NCBI RefSeq assembly: GCF_004010195.1
Contig: NC_057719.1
Coordinates: 49,399,155-49,463,154, forward strand
Length of the DNA: 64,000 nt
Source: Chiloscyllium plagiosum
Taxonomy: Eukaryota
Direction of reading: 5' to 3'
Shown in pieces: positions 22,531 to 35,723 of the stretch. The position numbers were made by a program, and so were the translations under genes. Each line of letters starts with the position of its first letter. Positions within the stretch are counted from its first letter, which is position 1. The notes below the pieces were generated by a model. It did not search any database. It saw only the letters and a program-made list of their open reading frames with translations, and was not told the DNA's origin.

Positions 22531-23549
22531 ATTTGGGAAAGAATAGCACTGCTCTACAGAAGGTTCTAACATGGTATTGCACTAAGAAGTTAGCCTGTGT
22601 AGCTTGTATCTTGTAGCTTATATAACATAGCCATTTACTAATGTGAGCTTCCATTTTCGATCAAGTGTCACTGTTTTTCATTTCTCTCTTATGATGTATA
22701 CTGCTTAGGTTATTCGTGGCTGACCTATTGCACAGTTGGATTTTCAATATGACGTTGATGATGTGAATTTTGGAAGGTTCTAGCAATGGCAAGTACGTCT
22801 ACCAATAGCAAGTATAAAATAAAGCAAATGCAGCACCATGGAGAGGTTCTGCATACATTACAAGGTGAGCAATGTAAAATTGCATGAGCAAATTTTCTAG
22901 GGATCAGTGATGAGATCCCTCCCTATGAAACTCCCAGACATTAATACTTAGCCAATGTTTGCTAAAATTCACCACCTAGTTTTTACCTAAAATTCACCAC
23001 ATGCAAACACTGGAGAATGGGTAAAGAAAAATGTACAAGGATGAGACCATCAGTGAGGATTAAAACTATCAGGAAAGATTGAATAGGTTCTGTTTTTTTT
23101 AATGAAAGAAAATAATTCAGGGTGACTTGATAGATAACTGTAAATATTAAATTGTTGAACAGGATACTTACAAGTTATGGGTGATTCAAGCATATAGACT
23201 GCACAAAAATTACAGGACAGGGATCCTTTATTCTACCAGCATGAAATATTTGTAAACATTAATGGAAAAGGTTAACTTAGAGAAACAAAGTATTTACAAT
23301 TCATATGTTTTGAATCCACTGGGGATATTGCTAAAAGTTTTAATCCTGATGTTACATCAGCTAAGTGGCGAAGTAAGGGCACAAATCATTTTTCCAAGGG
23401 CTGTCTTTTTATTTTTCAGGTCTGCATTCTGGTTTTCAGATCTCCTTTCTCATTCTCACAAACTCATTCACTGGTGATGCAGTCATGCAGTAACAGTGGC
23501 TTCTGTATTGTGTTAACACGTGGAATATTTGAACTATTATAGAAGCAGA

Positions 23550-24049
23550 NNNNNNNNNNNNNNNNNNNNNNNNNNNNNNNNNNNNNNNNNNNNNNNNNNN
23601 NNNNNNNNNNNNNNNNNNNNNNNNNNNNNNNNNNNNNNNNNNNNNNNNNNNNNNNNNNNNNNNNNNNNNNNNNNNNNNNNNNNNNNNNNNNNNNNNNNNN
23701 NNNNNNNNNNNNNNNNNNNNNNNNNNNNNNNNNNNNNNNNNNNNNNNNNNNNNNNNNNNNNNNNNNNNNNNNNNNNNNNNNNNNNNNNNNNNNNNNNNNN
23801 NNNNNNNNNNNNNNNNNNNNNNNNNNNNNNNNNNNNNNNNNNNNNNNNNNNNNNNNNNNNNNNNNNNNNNNNNNNNNNNNNNNNNNNNNNNNNNNNNNNN
23901 NNNNNNNNNNNNNNNNNNNNNNNNNNNNNNNNNNNNNNNNNNNNNNNNNNNNNNNNNNNNNNNNNNNNNNNNNNNNNNNNNNNNNNNNNNNNNNNNNNNN
24001 NNNNNNNNNNNNNNNNNNNNNNNNNNNNNNNNNNNNNNNNNNNNNNNNN
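23550..24049. other. Assembly gap (500 N)
   Basis: Run of exactly 500 N, probably a fixed-size scaffolding spacer. Confidence 0.99.
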
Positions 24050-24709
24050 TAAATTGGAGCCTCTGCAGTATATTTTAGTGACTCATAGGGTACATGATAT
24101 GGTTTTTGATTCAGTGCTATGCAAATAATATGCTGCATTTTGTGGTATATGAAATTCTAAGACCTTTGTTACCAGTGAAATATTCTTGTCTATATAAAGC
24201 AACTTTCCCTATCAATATTTGTAAATCTAACCATTATTTCAAAGATTAATAACTATACAACTCTTGTAACAAATGTTCTTAATCATTATTTGTTCATTGT
24301 GTAATTTATGTTAGCGTTCAATGATGTCACCTTCAGCACAAAACAGTCAATAATAAACCAAATAAACCAAATGTTTTTTCAATGTGAAGATCAAAAAAGC
24401 AAATTTTTGATGTCATTGAGACTATCACTATATATTGCACAGTACAAAAGAAATTTGATTGAGAGTACTTACATATTTTATAAGATTTTTATTGTCATTA
24501 TATTTTTACTTCATTTTACTGCATTCATTGACTTTCTTGAAGTTTTCAGAACCTTTCAATTTAACAAAAAAAATTCCAATTTGATTTGAATAGAAAGACT
24601 AGATTGTTATTCCTTCTCAAATCAAATGGTCATCTGAATCAATATAGTTAATTTCAATTTAGGAATTGGAGATTAGTTAAGTATTATTGACCTACCAGTT
24701 TGTTTGCAG

Positions 24710-24849
24710 GTACCCATCCCTCCAATTCTTGGTTCCTATCAAATGAAAGAAGAGGAGCAAAATTTAAAGATTACAGTTAATCTGAAACTACATGAAAGTG
24801 TCAAAAATGGATTTGAATATTGTGAAGCACATATTCCCTTTTTCAACAG
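24710..24849 (+). CDS. AP5M1: AP-5 complex subunit mu-1, internal coding exon (140 bp)
   Basis: tttgcag|GTACCC...AACAG|gtaata. Translates [46 protein letters not shown](R), which matches the recalled vertebrate AP5M1 mu-homology domain. Phase 0 in, phase 2 out. Confidence 0.95.
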
Positions 24850-25149
24850 GTAATATAGGTGACAGCATCAGAAAGAATTTGTGTGCTAATATTTTCAAAG
24901 TATTGGGGAGAACAGATGAGGTAAATAGAGAAAGCACTATTTTCACTAGTTGAGGATTATAGGACTAGGAAACATTGTCTAAAAATTGGAAATCAAACCT
25001 TTCAGAAATGAAATTAAGCAACAACACAAAAGATGTATAAATTTTGAGCTTACTTAGGCAAACTGCAATTTATGCTACATTAATTGATTACATTTACATT
25101 ATTCAAACATAGATTCAAGTTTTCTTTAAAAGTTATTCTTTATGGATAT

Positions 25150-25600
25150 GGCAATCACTGATACATTGCCCATTACTCATTGTCCTTCAGAAGATGGAGG
25201 TGAGTCACTGCTTTGAACCATTGCAGCCCCACCTGCTGTAGGTGCTCCCACAGTGCTACCAGGAAGGGAGTTCCAGACTTGGATGCAGAGAAGTGAAGAA
25301 GTAGTAATGCAGTTTCCAATAAAGATGGTGTGTGATTGGCAAAGGAGCTTGCAGAAGTTGTTGTTCCCATGTGTCTGTTGTAAACATGCTGTTGGAGGAG
25401 ATATGGTGTGTTGCTGCAGAGCCTCTCATTTATAGTATATACTGCTGCCAATAGGGGCTAGTGGTGGAGGGAGCAAACGTTTAACATGGTGGATGGGTAC
25501 TGAGCAAGCTTTGTCCTGGATGATGTCAAACTTTTTAATGTGTTATTAAAGCCACATTCATCCAGGCAAGTAGAAAATATATGAAGTTACTTGTAGATTA
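25150..25600 (-). mobile_element. Old LINE 3' fragment (CR1-group, different subfamily)
   Basis: Minus-strand end LQWFKAVTHLHLLK resembles a LINE ORF2 terminus. Related pieces at ~36400-36620 and ~47375-47520. Confidence 0.55.
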
Positions 25601-25756
25601 TCCATGATCTCATTCAATGGTGAAATAAGCTTGAGGGGCAAAACAGACCTGTTCCTTTCCAATGTTGCAATGAGTGCTTTTTCATGAAAATGAGATCAGT
25701 AATAATAATAGGAATATTGGGAATATTAGCGGGGAGGCCAGAGGAGTTCCAGAAAG

Positions 25757-26105
25757 TTGGAACAGTGGCACAGTCATTAGCACTGCTGCCTCTCAGCGCC
25801 AGGGACCTAATTTCAATTCCAATCTCGGGTGACTGTTTGTGAGGAGTTTGCACATTCTCCTCGTGTCTGTGTGGGTTTTGTCCGGGTGCTCCGATTTCCT
25901 CCCACAATCCAGAGATGTGCAGGTTAGGTGAACCGGCCAAGCTAAATTGCCCATAGTGTTCAGGGATGTGTAGGTTAGGTGCATTAGTCAAGGATAATAG
26001 GGTAGAAAAAAGGGTCTGGGTGGGTTGCTCTTTGGAAGGTCGTTGTGGACTTGTTGGGTCGAAGGGTCTGATTCCACACTGTATGGATTCTAAGTTCTAT
26101 TCTAA
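25757..26105 (+). mobile_element. V-SINE (HE1-like) in an AP5M1 intron
   Basis: A/B-box-like head, V-core GAGTTTGCACATTCTCCTCGTGTCTGTGTGGG, GCTAAATTGCCCATAGTG and CR1-like tail. Confidence 0.85.
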
Positions 26106-28053
26106 GAGTCAATGTTGGACCTCTGCTAGGTTGACAAACTAACAACAACTACAGTCTTGTCAGCAGATTTGGTATCAAAGTTAGTTTGACTAATAGAGAA
26201 TAGAGTGCTACAATTTCAGAAGGAGATAGGTTAAAATGGGAGAGGAGTGCAGGGAAATTGAGATGGCAAATTCCACAGTAGCAATTTTCACTAAAGAAGA
26301 AAAGATAATGGACGGTAAGACTAATGGATGGTGGAAAATTGTATGCAGTATGGTAAATCGTCCAGAGGAATGTGGTGTCCACAAGTTTGATCATTTACTT
26401 TGTGGCACATTTGATTTCTAGTAAAATGGAAAACTGCTGAGTGATCTTTATATGAAAAGATGGGGCAGTCGAATGCTGAATGAACTGGATTTTGTGAAAA
26501 GTGAATTTAGAAGCTCAGATTAGTATTGTTTTGGAAAAGCAAGACCAGCACAGATGTAAAAACATAAACTACCAGTGAGACATTTGCACTAAAGTATTTA
26601 CTGTATTAGCATATTCAATTGCAAGTGAAGAGATTTTACTTGCTGTGCAGTCACATTCTGAAAATGTAACTGAAATATAAATCTCATAGAAAGAGTTTCA
26701 TCTGTTGCACAATGTATTCATATGAATTCGTTTTCTGGATGAATGCCTTTTAACTTGTGCATTTTCCTTTCCATATGGAAAAAGACAGGCTATACAGGCT
26801 GTTCTTTCAACTGTTTGTTTAAGGTATTTACTTTGATAAGTGTGTAGTTAGAACCACTGCAAACAAGAATAACGTTTAGAGATAACTGTTACATTAGCAA
26901 TAATGAGTCAGACCCAAACTGTTAAATAGTTTTTAAAATTATTTTTACACTTGAAACAAATAGTCATTCAATCAGTACAAGATTATTTGCAGCCACTCTT
27001 CAAGCATGGTGATTCTTTTTGAATTCGATTAGTATCTTATCTATTGTCCTCTACACACAGAATATTAGCTTTTCATTTTGCAAAGTGTGATCCTAATAAT
27101 CTTTCATTCTGTTCTTACTACTCGAAACTTGGTTACGTGGCCCAATACTGCATTTTACCTTTGTCTGTATGGAAAATAAATGCTTACAAATCTGCAAACA
27201 CAACTATTAAAAGTTTATTTTCTCTTTAACTGTTCCATACCTTCCAGTATTAATCAAATTTCTTTCTTGCTGTTTTCATCGTTTATGTTAATCATAGTAA
27301 TGTTTTTGGCCACAAAGGCGCCTTCTAGTCCTGGGTATTGATCCTATGCTTTGAACTCAATTATCTTTCTTGACAGGCTGTAGAATATTTTTCATCTTCA
27401 AGGTAGATTACATTATGATTTTCATTAATATCAAAATTAAGTCAATTGAACTTTTTTTTCACATGAAAAATAACGTAACGTTCTGGTACTTGCAATGGAA
27501 TAGTTGCAGAAGTGAAAACGTCAGAAAATGTAGTTCCACTTGAAGGTGACTGCTCTTATTTAGGTCAATATTGCTTTAAATGCTTTTTTAAAGGCAACAT
27601 TGCAAAATTCCACTTCATAAAAAAAATTGAGATTTAAGTTTTGGGATTCAAAGGTAGCATGCTATATCATCACCTTTTCATAAACAATCTATTACAGCTG
27701 TTATCAAAAGATAGAATATTATTTATCATTCTTGGATTGCAGAAAGCAGCATAATAATGTGCCACTGGCCCTAATCAGCTTTAATGTAAAATCATTGGAA
27801 GATCAACAGAGATCAATTCAAAACAGTCGATTATTGAGGATTAATATACTTTGATTTATTTTGCTTCGTTACATGAAGTTTGTGTGTTGGCCTATTTCTC
27901 TGTGATTTAATTAATGGCACATTTGTTCCTAAGTTTAAATATATTATTCCTGAAGGAGGATAAATATTAAATCATTTGAAATCAAGAAGCATGTATGACT
28001 TAGAAGTCTTTCAAAAGGTACCTAGTTATTCAATTCTGTCTCTTTCATTACAG

Positions 28054-28139
28054 GGGTCCAATACTACACGCTGAGTGTAAGGTGAACCATGGGCAACTGG
28101 AGGTGTCACGGGAGAAAAGCTTGCTGGTCTGGGTCCTCG
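28054..28139 (+). CDS. AP5M1: AP5M1 internal coding exon (86 bp)
   Basis: cattacag|GGGTCC...CCTCG|gttagt. Translates (R)[28 protein letters not shown](G). Phases are compatible with both neighbouring exons. Confidence 0.95.
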
Positions 28140-29550
28140 GTTAGTTTATTGACTGTTCCATTTCACTTAAATTTGATTCATGAAGCAAAATATCTTTTGT
28201 GTAGTAACAGATTGTAATGATTTTCCCAATGTAATTACTGCAATTTCAACTTTCTCTAATCCTGTAATATACGACATACATTCATGGCCGAAACTAAGAT
28301 GCATTTAATTGTGTGTAATTCATTCAGTAACCAGCTTTTCCTATGGCCAGACAGTCTTAGTTCCAGCATATGGAATTTGGGTGTGGGGACCCTGCGGAAG
28401 CCCTTCGTAGTAGTCTCTGAAGAAATTGCCCAGGAAATGTCCTGTCCTCACCCAACAGCACTCTTTTCCCCCAACCCTCAAACCTTCAACCCTGACACCA
28501 AGAAGAGAACTGTCAGGATGGAAGTAGGGCTCCACATTTCTAAGGGAATTCCAAGGAGAATTTCCTGTCAGAAATGCTCCCTTTTGCAAAGAAGAAGGTT
28601 AGTGTGCCAATCTACGTGAGATTGCCATTTATCAGAAAATCTAGCTTAATATGTAATAGTGGAAGAAAATTGCTAAAATGTTAGGGATACCTTACTTTTC
28701 ATTTGCAGCAGTCTAATGACTTTGATTTGGTCTGTACTATATAGCAGTGACATCAACGTCACTATTAAATTACACATTTATTATTCATAAAATGCCTGTG
28801 TGTTAACATGAAGAGGGAGATTATCAGTGAGGATAGAAGTAGATAAATTGTTCAAACATAAATGGAGTTGTATGCTCTGGATAGCTGAGCAGGATCTTGG
28901 CAATACTTTATTTTTTTCTAGTCAGGGAAGAGAATTGTACCTCTGGATCCTCCTGTTAAATTATACAAGTGGCAAATGTCTTCATAACACACCAAAAAGT
29001 GTATTGATTCCAACTGCTTCAACAATTGTATTAATTATATTGTAATGTTGGAATATATTACTTTGTCAAGTAATTGAATGCATTAATACTAAATCAGTGT
29101 CAATGAACCAATTTGTTTCATTTTCCATCAAAAAAGTTCATAATGATTTATCTCATTGCAAAGATTTATAATTTGACTGGTTTCTTACATATTCCTAATG
29201 TTTGATTCATAAAGGTTACTAATAATACACAGGTAAATCTATGTATTCACCAACCAGAGATTTCACATTGGCTAACTGCTTTAAAATTCAGCATGAAACA
29301 GCATGCTTTGGGAAGTTGAAGCTGTTTTGCTCTTTATTGAGCTGTAAAGTTACTGCAAAACTTTGAAGTATTGGTGTCATTAGTACTTCACTTTTGAAGG
29401 CAAATAGATCATGTTACAATGAACGTTAATTTTGGGGATCAATTATTTTGGTGAATTAGTAAGAATATTTTCTGTAATATCAAATATTACAAAATATTCA
29501 ATGCATTTATTAGTATGTTTCAAATACTGTTTGCTTTATTCCATTTTTAG

Positions 29551-29678
29551 GTCAGAAATTCCCTAAATCTTTGGAAGTATCTTTAACTGGTATTGTAATG
29601 TTCCCTGCATTTGGCATATCAAACCATTCAGCGCAGCTAACTGATCCATTCTGCACTGGCCTTACTGCATATGTTAAG
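29551..29678 (+). CDS. AP5M1: AP5M1 internal coding exon (128 bp)
   Basis: atttttag|GTCAG...GTTAAG|gtacgt. Translates (G)QKFPKSLEVSLTGIVMFPAFGISNHSAQLTDPFCTGLTAYVK. Confidence 0.95.
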
Positions 29679-30206
29679 GTACGTAGATTGGGATTTACTT
29701 TGACAGATAATTATCTCAACCTGTCATTTGAAGAAATGAAATCTTAAAATGTATATGCAGTCAAACTATTTTAGACTGGAAAAATATCTTTAAATGGGAC
29801 ACTGTTTGCAGGCTGCCCTTCTCAATTAACAACATGTCTTATTGATAAATTTGTAATTGCCACAACTCTTCTTTAAACAGTGAGAATAAAAAGATCCATG
29901 GTAGGAAAAAAATTGCCATAACTATTAGACAGATTGACTATCAATTACAGTCTATTCATGCAGCTGGTGACTGCAATTCCATTTTAAATAATTCTGTGCT
30001 GTAAATACTCAAATCTACTCCTACATCAAGTAATTAGAAGTATGTAACTTTTTGATTTTAAATATTGACATGCTGCCAACTTCAGGTAGTCCAGCCTCCT
30101 GAATTTAGAAGTAAAATAATGTTCAGGTTAAACTTTGAGTCATAAACACATTAAATACTGCTAGTAGCTGGATTATCAAAACTATTTTTTAAAATAATAA
30201 TCAGAA

Positions 30207-31118
30207 TTTCAGAATGGCAGTGACTAGTGAGGGTCAATGTTGGGACAACAACTATTAATTTTATAAATTAACCATCCGGACAAGAAATGAGAGCATTGTT
30301 CCTAAGTTTGCAGATGACACAAAGATAGGTGGAGGGGCAGGTAATGTTAAGGAAGCAGGGAGGCTCTAGAAGGGCTTTGACAGGCTAGGAGAGTGGACAA
30401 AGAAGTGGTAGATGTAGTACAAAGTTTGAAATTGTGAGGTAATGTACTTTGGTAGGAAGAATAGAGGCATAAACTATTTTCTAAATGGATAAAGGCTTTG
30501 ATAATCTAAAGCAGAGAAATGGACTTTGGAGTCCTAGTTTAGGATTCTCTTAAGATTATTACACAGGTTCATTTGGCAGTCAGGAAGGCAAATGCAATGT
30601 TAGCATTCATTTCACGAGGTCTAGAATACAAGGGAATGGATATATTGCTGAGGCTTTTTAAGGCTCTGGTCAGACCACATTTGGAATATTGTGAGTAGAT
30701 TTGGACCCTGTACCAAAGGAAGGATGTGCTGGCATTGGAGGGGGGTGCAGAAGATATTTACAAGAGTGGTCCTGGGAATGAGGAGTGGTTAAGGATAAGA
30801 GACAATCTGATTGAAACTTACAGAACACTGAAAGGCCTGGATAGAGTACACGTGGAAAAGATATTTCCACTAGTAGATAGTAGGACTCAAGGGCAAGCCT
30901 CTGAATGCAGGAACGACCCTTTAGAACTGAGATGAGGAGGATTTCTTTTCCGCCAGAGTGTGCTGAATCTGTGGAATTCACTGCTGCAGAAGGCTATGGA
31001 GGCCAAGTCATTGAGGGCCTTTAAGGCAGAGAGACATTCTTGATTATTAAGGGGATCAAGGGTTATGGGGAGTAGGCAGGAGAATGGCCTAATTCTGTTC
31101 CTATGTGTTATGGTCTTA
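30207..31118 (+). mobile_element. CR1 LINE 3' fragment in an AP5M1 intron
   Basis: AAGTTTGCAGATGACACAAAG (KFADDTK) and GGTCAGACCACATTTGGAATATTGTG (VRPHLEYC). Confidence 0.88.
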
Positions 31119-32099
31119 ATGCCAACCAGTTACTGTAATTTAATTTCCATCTAAATGTTGATTGTTATAAGCTCTGACTACTTATAGTTATTTTCCAAAG
31201 TACACAAAATGTAACAATCTACATTTTGTGGACTGCAGCTTTATACATTCATGTGTTAGGTAACCATTTGAATGGGGTATGTCTGTAACAGAGATGAATA
31301 CTTGGGGTCAATCATTCTGTTATCTCTGGTTTTAACAACTTAGTATTATTGTTTTCCTCCCATGTTTTGCAAAATGTTAGACAACATAACTTAGTCTCTC
31401 ATAAGATGTCAAAGGATATCAAAGTGACTTAATTTACAGTAAGAATTAAGGATGTTATAAGATTATTTCAAATATTTAATAGAGATTGCTTAACTTTCAA
31501 AAACCTTAAAAGGAAATAATTGGACAATATCAAATAGTAAAATAGCAACATAGTAAGCACAACTATGCTTACTTTGACAGAAAAATAACTCTTTGAACAG
31601 TGCAATGAGCTAACACATATTGTTTTATTCCAGGAAATACAGATTTATTTCTGCATAATAATAGTTATATTTATGAATTTTACATTTGTTCAGTGTAGAG
31701 GACAAGATATAGCTTCATGAGAAAGGGCTGGATAAAAGTGCCATTCCATTCCATTCCTCCTTGGAAACCTGGTATGGCACAATGGTTGTGGCGGTGTACT
31801 TTAAGGTTGTCTTAGGATAAGGAAACAAAGTATAATTTATTAATGGAAATCTAATGATGGTTTAAAAAAACTCATTTTGGAATAGGTTACCAAAACGTAA
31901 TTCATGCTTTTTTTACTTAAATCCTTCATATTTTGTAATACTAATATGGAAAGCTATGTAACTTAAGCAAGAGATAATTATCTCATCCTGAAGTTGGCTT
32001 GGTGTACTGGATGTACTGTCCAGCTGATTTGTTGGTATCTAAATTTCAAAGGTGCTTCGACTTCAGTTCACCCAAAAAGAAACTTATTCTGTAAGATGA

Positions 32100-32297
32100 T
32101 AGTTGGGTTTTTGTACAACCCCGCATTATAGAAAAATCGCTTGTTAGAAGCAGCACTTAAAATGTTGGTGATGTAATGGCGTTACAACCAATACATGTCT
32201 TAAACGTTTTCGCTTTAGAAACAGTGTCCCAAATTCATCAATCGCATTACAGTGAATTTGAGTTAACAAAAGGTGCATTATAGCAGAACGACCTGTA
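32100..32297. mobile_element. Tc1/pogo (Tigger-like) non-autonomous remnant, one TIR visible
   Basis: Ends GCATTATAGCAGAACGACCTG|TA, i.e. a CAG-starting TIR plus TA. Confidence 0.45.
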
Positions 32298-32412
32298 GTT
32301 AGAAAATGAATGGAAATTTTTCAGAAGTTTTCAATGACAATTAAGTCATTTTGCTCTAAAGCTATTTGTTAATTTTTCATTTTCTTAATTTTATTTTATT
32401 TTATATCTCCAG

Positions 32413-32509
32413 CTTTACTTTCGAATACCAGATTATACACTGACAGGTTGTTATGTGGATCAGCATTCTATACAAGTGTATTCATCAGCAAAACCCAGAA
32501 TCATCACAT
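32413..32509 (+). CDS. AP5M1: AP5M1 internal coding exon (97 bp)
   Basis: tctccag|CTTTAC...CACAT|gtaagg. Translates [32 protein letters not shown](S). Confidence 0.95.
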
Positions 32510-33644
32510 GTAAGGTTCTACATTTTCTTATATTGTTTGATGTATGAATATTTTTAATTGTCTGCTAGCCAGAACAGATTGTTTCCTGCAGGGGTCAGTC
32601 TTGCCTGTTATGTAGCTGAAAGCAGTGGACTCTGGTACAGTGAGGTGAAGATTTGCACGTGCATTTGCCTCATGACGTTGTTATTCTGGTATGTGACATG
32701 CAATTGCCTGATTCAACTCAAAATATGTTACTAGATTTAATCATGATTTAATTATTAAGGTAGGCAGCTTTATTGATCTTTACTTCTCCACTTCTCCAAT
32801 TTGTAAACCTTTTAGCTTTGTTACTGTCCTTGTATTATCATACACATCATTATTGGCTGTCCATTGAATTGAGAATGATGTTTACACAGAATTAAAAGTG
32901 TCTGCCAAGGTTTTGTGTCTGAACAAGCCTATTCTCAACACACAGATCTTTGTGCACATGGGACAAGACGTCCTACATAATGAGATCTGGAGAGCAAGAT
33001 TCGCTTCCTTTTCTTTCCTTCTCTGCCAAAGCTTTGCATTGTTGTTGTGACTCAGAGTGATACAACTTAATGGTCAGGTTGTTCCAATATTGAACAATTA
33101 GTAATAAGCACCATAAGTGAGGGCCCTCTTGTAGTACAAAGGTAGTTTCCCTGCGTCTGGACTGGGAGGCCCAGATTGAAGTGCCTGCTGCTCCAGAGAT
33201 GTGTAAAAATATCTCTGAACAGTTGACAGGAAAAATAGTAAGCAGATAGTAGAAGATCTTCAAAGTGTTTTCAAATATTTTATTTGCTTATTTAGGAGTT
33301 GAGAAAACAGCATCTGCCTGGGAAGATGCTATTCAACCATTCATACAAGTTTGTAGTGAATACTGTGGGTACACTGGCATGGAGTAATGTGTGTACAAGA
33401 TGGAAACCATGTGATGAAGATAGCTGTCAGTGGGGCTTTCGGTTATTGGGTCAAGGCATAAAAAATGGAAATGATCAAAAGTGGCCTGAAACGAAGAACA
33501 TAATAATACAGCAGGCGTCCAGAGAGCCCCTTCTTTTGTTGATTACAGCTGAAATTTAACATCAACTCTTCAAGTCAAGATCCCTACATATTGCTTTCTG
33601 AGTACTTTATCAATATCTTAAACTGTAATATGTCACAATCTATT

Positions 33645-34055
33645 ACTGAGACTGGAGGGTTTGAGTTAGAAGGAGAGGCTGGTTAGGCTCTGATTTTTGA
33701 TGAAGCGTGGGAGGCTGAGGCTTTTAGAGGCTTATAAAATCATGAGGCCTTTAGATAAGGTGAATAGCATAGGTCTTTTCACCAGAGTGGGGGGGGTCTA
33801 AAACTAGAGGGCATAGGTTTAAGATGAGTGGTGAAAGATCTAAAAGGGACCTGAGAAGCAATTTTTTCATACAGAGGATGGTGCCATATGAAATAAGCTG
33901 GTGGTGGAAGTAGTTATAATTACAGCATTTAAAAGGGCAGATACATGGATAGGGAAGGTATAGAGGGATATCGGCCAAACGCAGGTAATAGTTCAGTTTA
34001 GGTCGGCCAGTTGAACCGAAAGGTTTGTTTCCACGTTGTATGACTCTATGACACT
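33645..34055 (+). mobile_element. CR1 3' end
   Basis: AAAACTAGAGGGCATAGGTTTAAG, then tail GTATGACTCTATGAC. Confidence 0.8.
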
Positions 34056-35082
34056 GATTCTATTCAGACAGAGTGTCCAGTCCATTGAAATTGGGAAAGC
34101 AGGAGTTTTGGCTGAACACTTACAGAGCTAGCTTCAAGAAGGATACAAGCATTTGTTTAACATTTCTCTCACTGAACCTGAATGATGGGTCATTGATATA
34201 TTGATGGAATTTCTCTGGCACACAAAGATGTCACTGATTCACATTCCAGGTCTCACTGCACTACAGATGAGTGATTAGGACAACTAATCAGTACACTCCT
34301 AATTCTGTTAACATGGGGATGTCTTTCTTACCGACACTCACTGCCATACTTTGGATCAACTTCACCAGCTTAGCTTTTTACAATGTTGGAGCTCCTCATC
34401 AATGGTAGCCTTTTGAGAAAAGTAGTTTCCAAAGTACATTAAGTGTTTAACGTATTTCAGAGTCTCCCCTTCACATGGATGGGCGGTGGTGGAATATTTA
34501 ACTAATCAGGTGTGAGTTGATATAAGTTTTGTTTCTGCAAGTTTAAAGAATAAGTCAAGTTTCTTTTATGCAGAATTGAAGAAATTGATTTGCAGCAGAC
34601 TTGCAAATGGACCTTACAGTCACCTGCAAATTGTAGGTCATGTTTGTCTGTGCTGTTCAGTTTGGCTTTGGCATGGAAGCAACTGAGGTGAAAGAGTTTT
34701 CGATCAAGATTATATTTATTACTCAGACCAGAAACCTTTGATCTTTGAGTTGAATAGCATTGTCAGGTAGATTGGAAATAGTATGTAACTATCACACAAC
34801 ATTGTTGACCCAAGGCTGAATTCAAAGCCATCTATTTCAGGTTTCTCACTCAATACAGCTCAAAAGCAGCATTGACATATCTGTGTTGTCTGAGCTGTCT
34901 AACCATATCTTTAGTATCACGTAGCAGTTCCAATGAGACAGCTAGCTTCAGTGATCTGTTGCTGGGTCTTTTGAGTTAGTCACTGAGATAACACCGCCAT
35001 ACCTAGATGGAATACAGACTGACACATAAGTAACCTACCAATTCATTGTAACTTCATAAAGTATTTTCTTTTGTTTTCCCAG

Positions 35083-35180
35083 CCAGGGAACTACTTTCTT
35101 CTGAGTACTACATCTGGAACTCCAAAGGTGATGCACCCGTGGCCAGCAGGCCATTAGTATCCTTACGAAATTGGGAGTGA
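35083..35180 (+). CDS. AP5M1: AP5M1 terminal coding exon (to TGA stop)
   Basis: ttttcccag|CCAGG...GAGTGA. Translates (S)RELLSSEYYIWNSKGDAPVASRPLVSLRNWE*; the YYIWNSK motif is typical of the AP5M1 C-terminus. Confidence 0.93.
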
Positions 35181-35344
35181 ACATTTGGGCGAAATGTTTC
35201 AGAACAAAAATCTTTTTTCAAAACAAGATACAATAGTTAACTATTCAGTTATCTATTTTAAATTGTATGAAACAAAAATATATCCTAATTATAATGGTAA
35301 ATTTTGATCAAGTGATGTACAATGATAAGTATTGTAAATATATT

Positions 35345-35350
35345 AATAAA
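35345..35350 (+). promoter_or_regulatory. candidate AP5M1 polyadenylation signal
   Basis: AATAAA about 165 nt after the stop codon. The context is AT-rich and other AATAAA hexamers follow, so usage is unproven. Confidence 0.3.
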
Positions 35351-35554
35351 ACATGAAAAATTTGCCTGAGTGAGCCACAGTAATTATTACAAATATGATG
35401 ATCTGTAACATTTTGGAGAGTTCTTTCTTGACCTGCTATCTTGAATACATTGAATAAAGGATACTGTGCTAATTCTGCAGCTAATTCAAGCAACCATTAT
35501 TGTCCGTGTTGGGAGCTCCAGTCTCAACATCATACTGCCTTACTGCCAACAATT

Positions 35555-35723
35555 TACAGGTCGACCCTGATTCCGCAGTTTACTGTGGTCCAAACATATA
35601 CCCTGGAAGCAAGGACCAGGGGGCTGCCGGGAAAGTTTGAATGGGTTTGCACCTGTCTGCAGTTTGATGCTTCCGCGATAGGTCTTGGAACGTATCCCCT
35701 GTAGGTACAGGGGGATGACTGTA
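35555..35723. mobile_element. Tigger-like MITE just downstream of the AP5M1 stop
   Basis: TA|CAGGTCGACCC ... GGGGGATGACTG|TA: imperfect TIRs with TA flanks. Confidence 0.5.

Noticed and set aside
23464..24138. 224-aa and 202-aa ORFs
   Set aside because: Artefacts of translating through the N gap.
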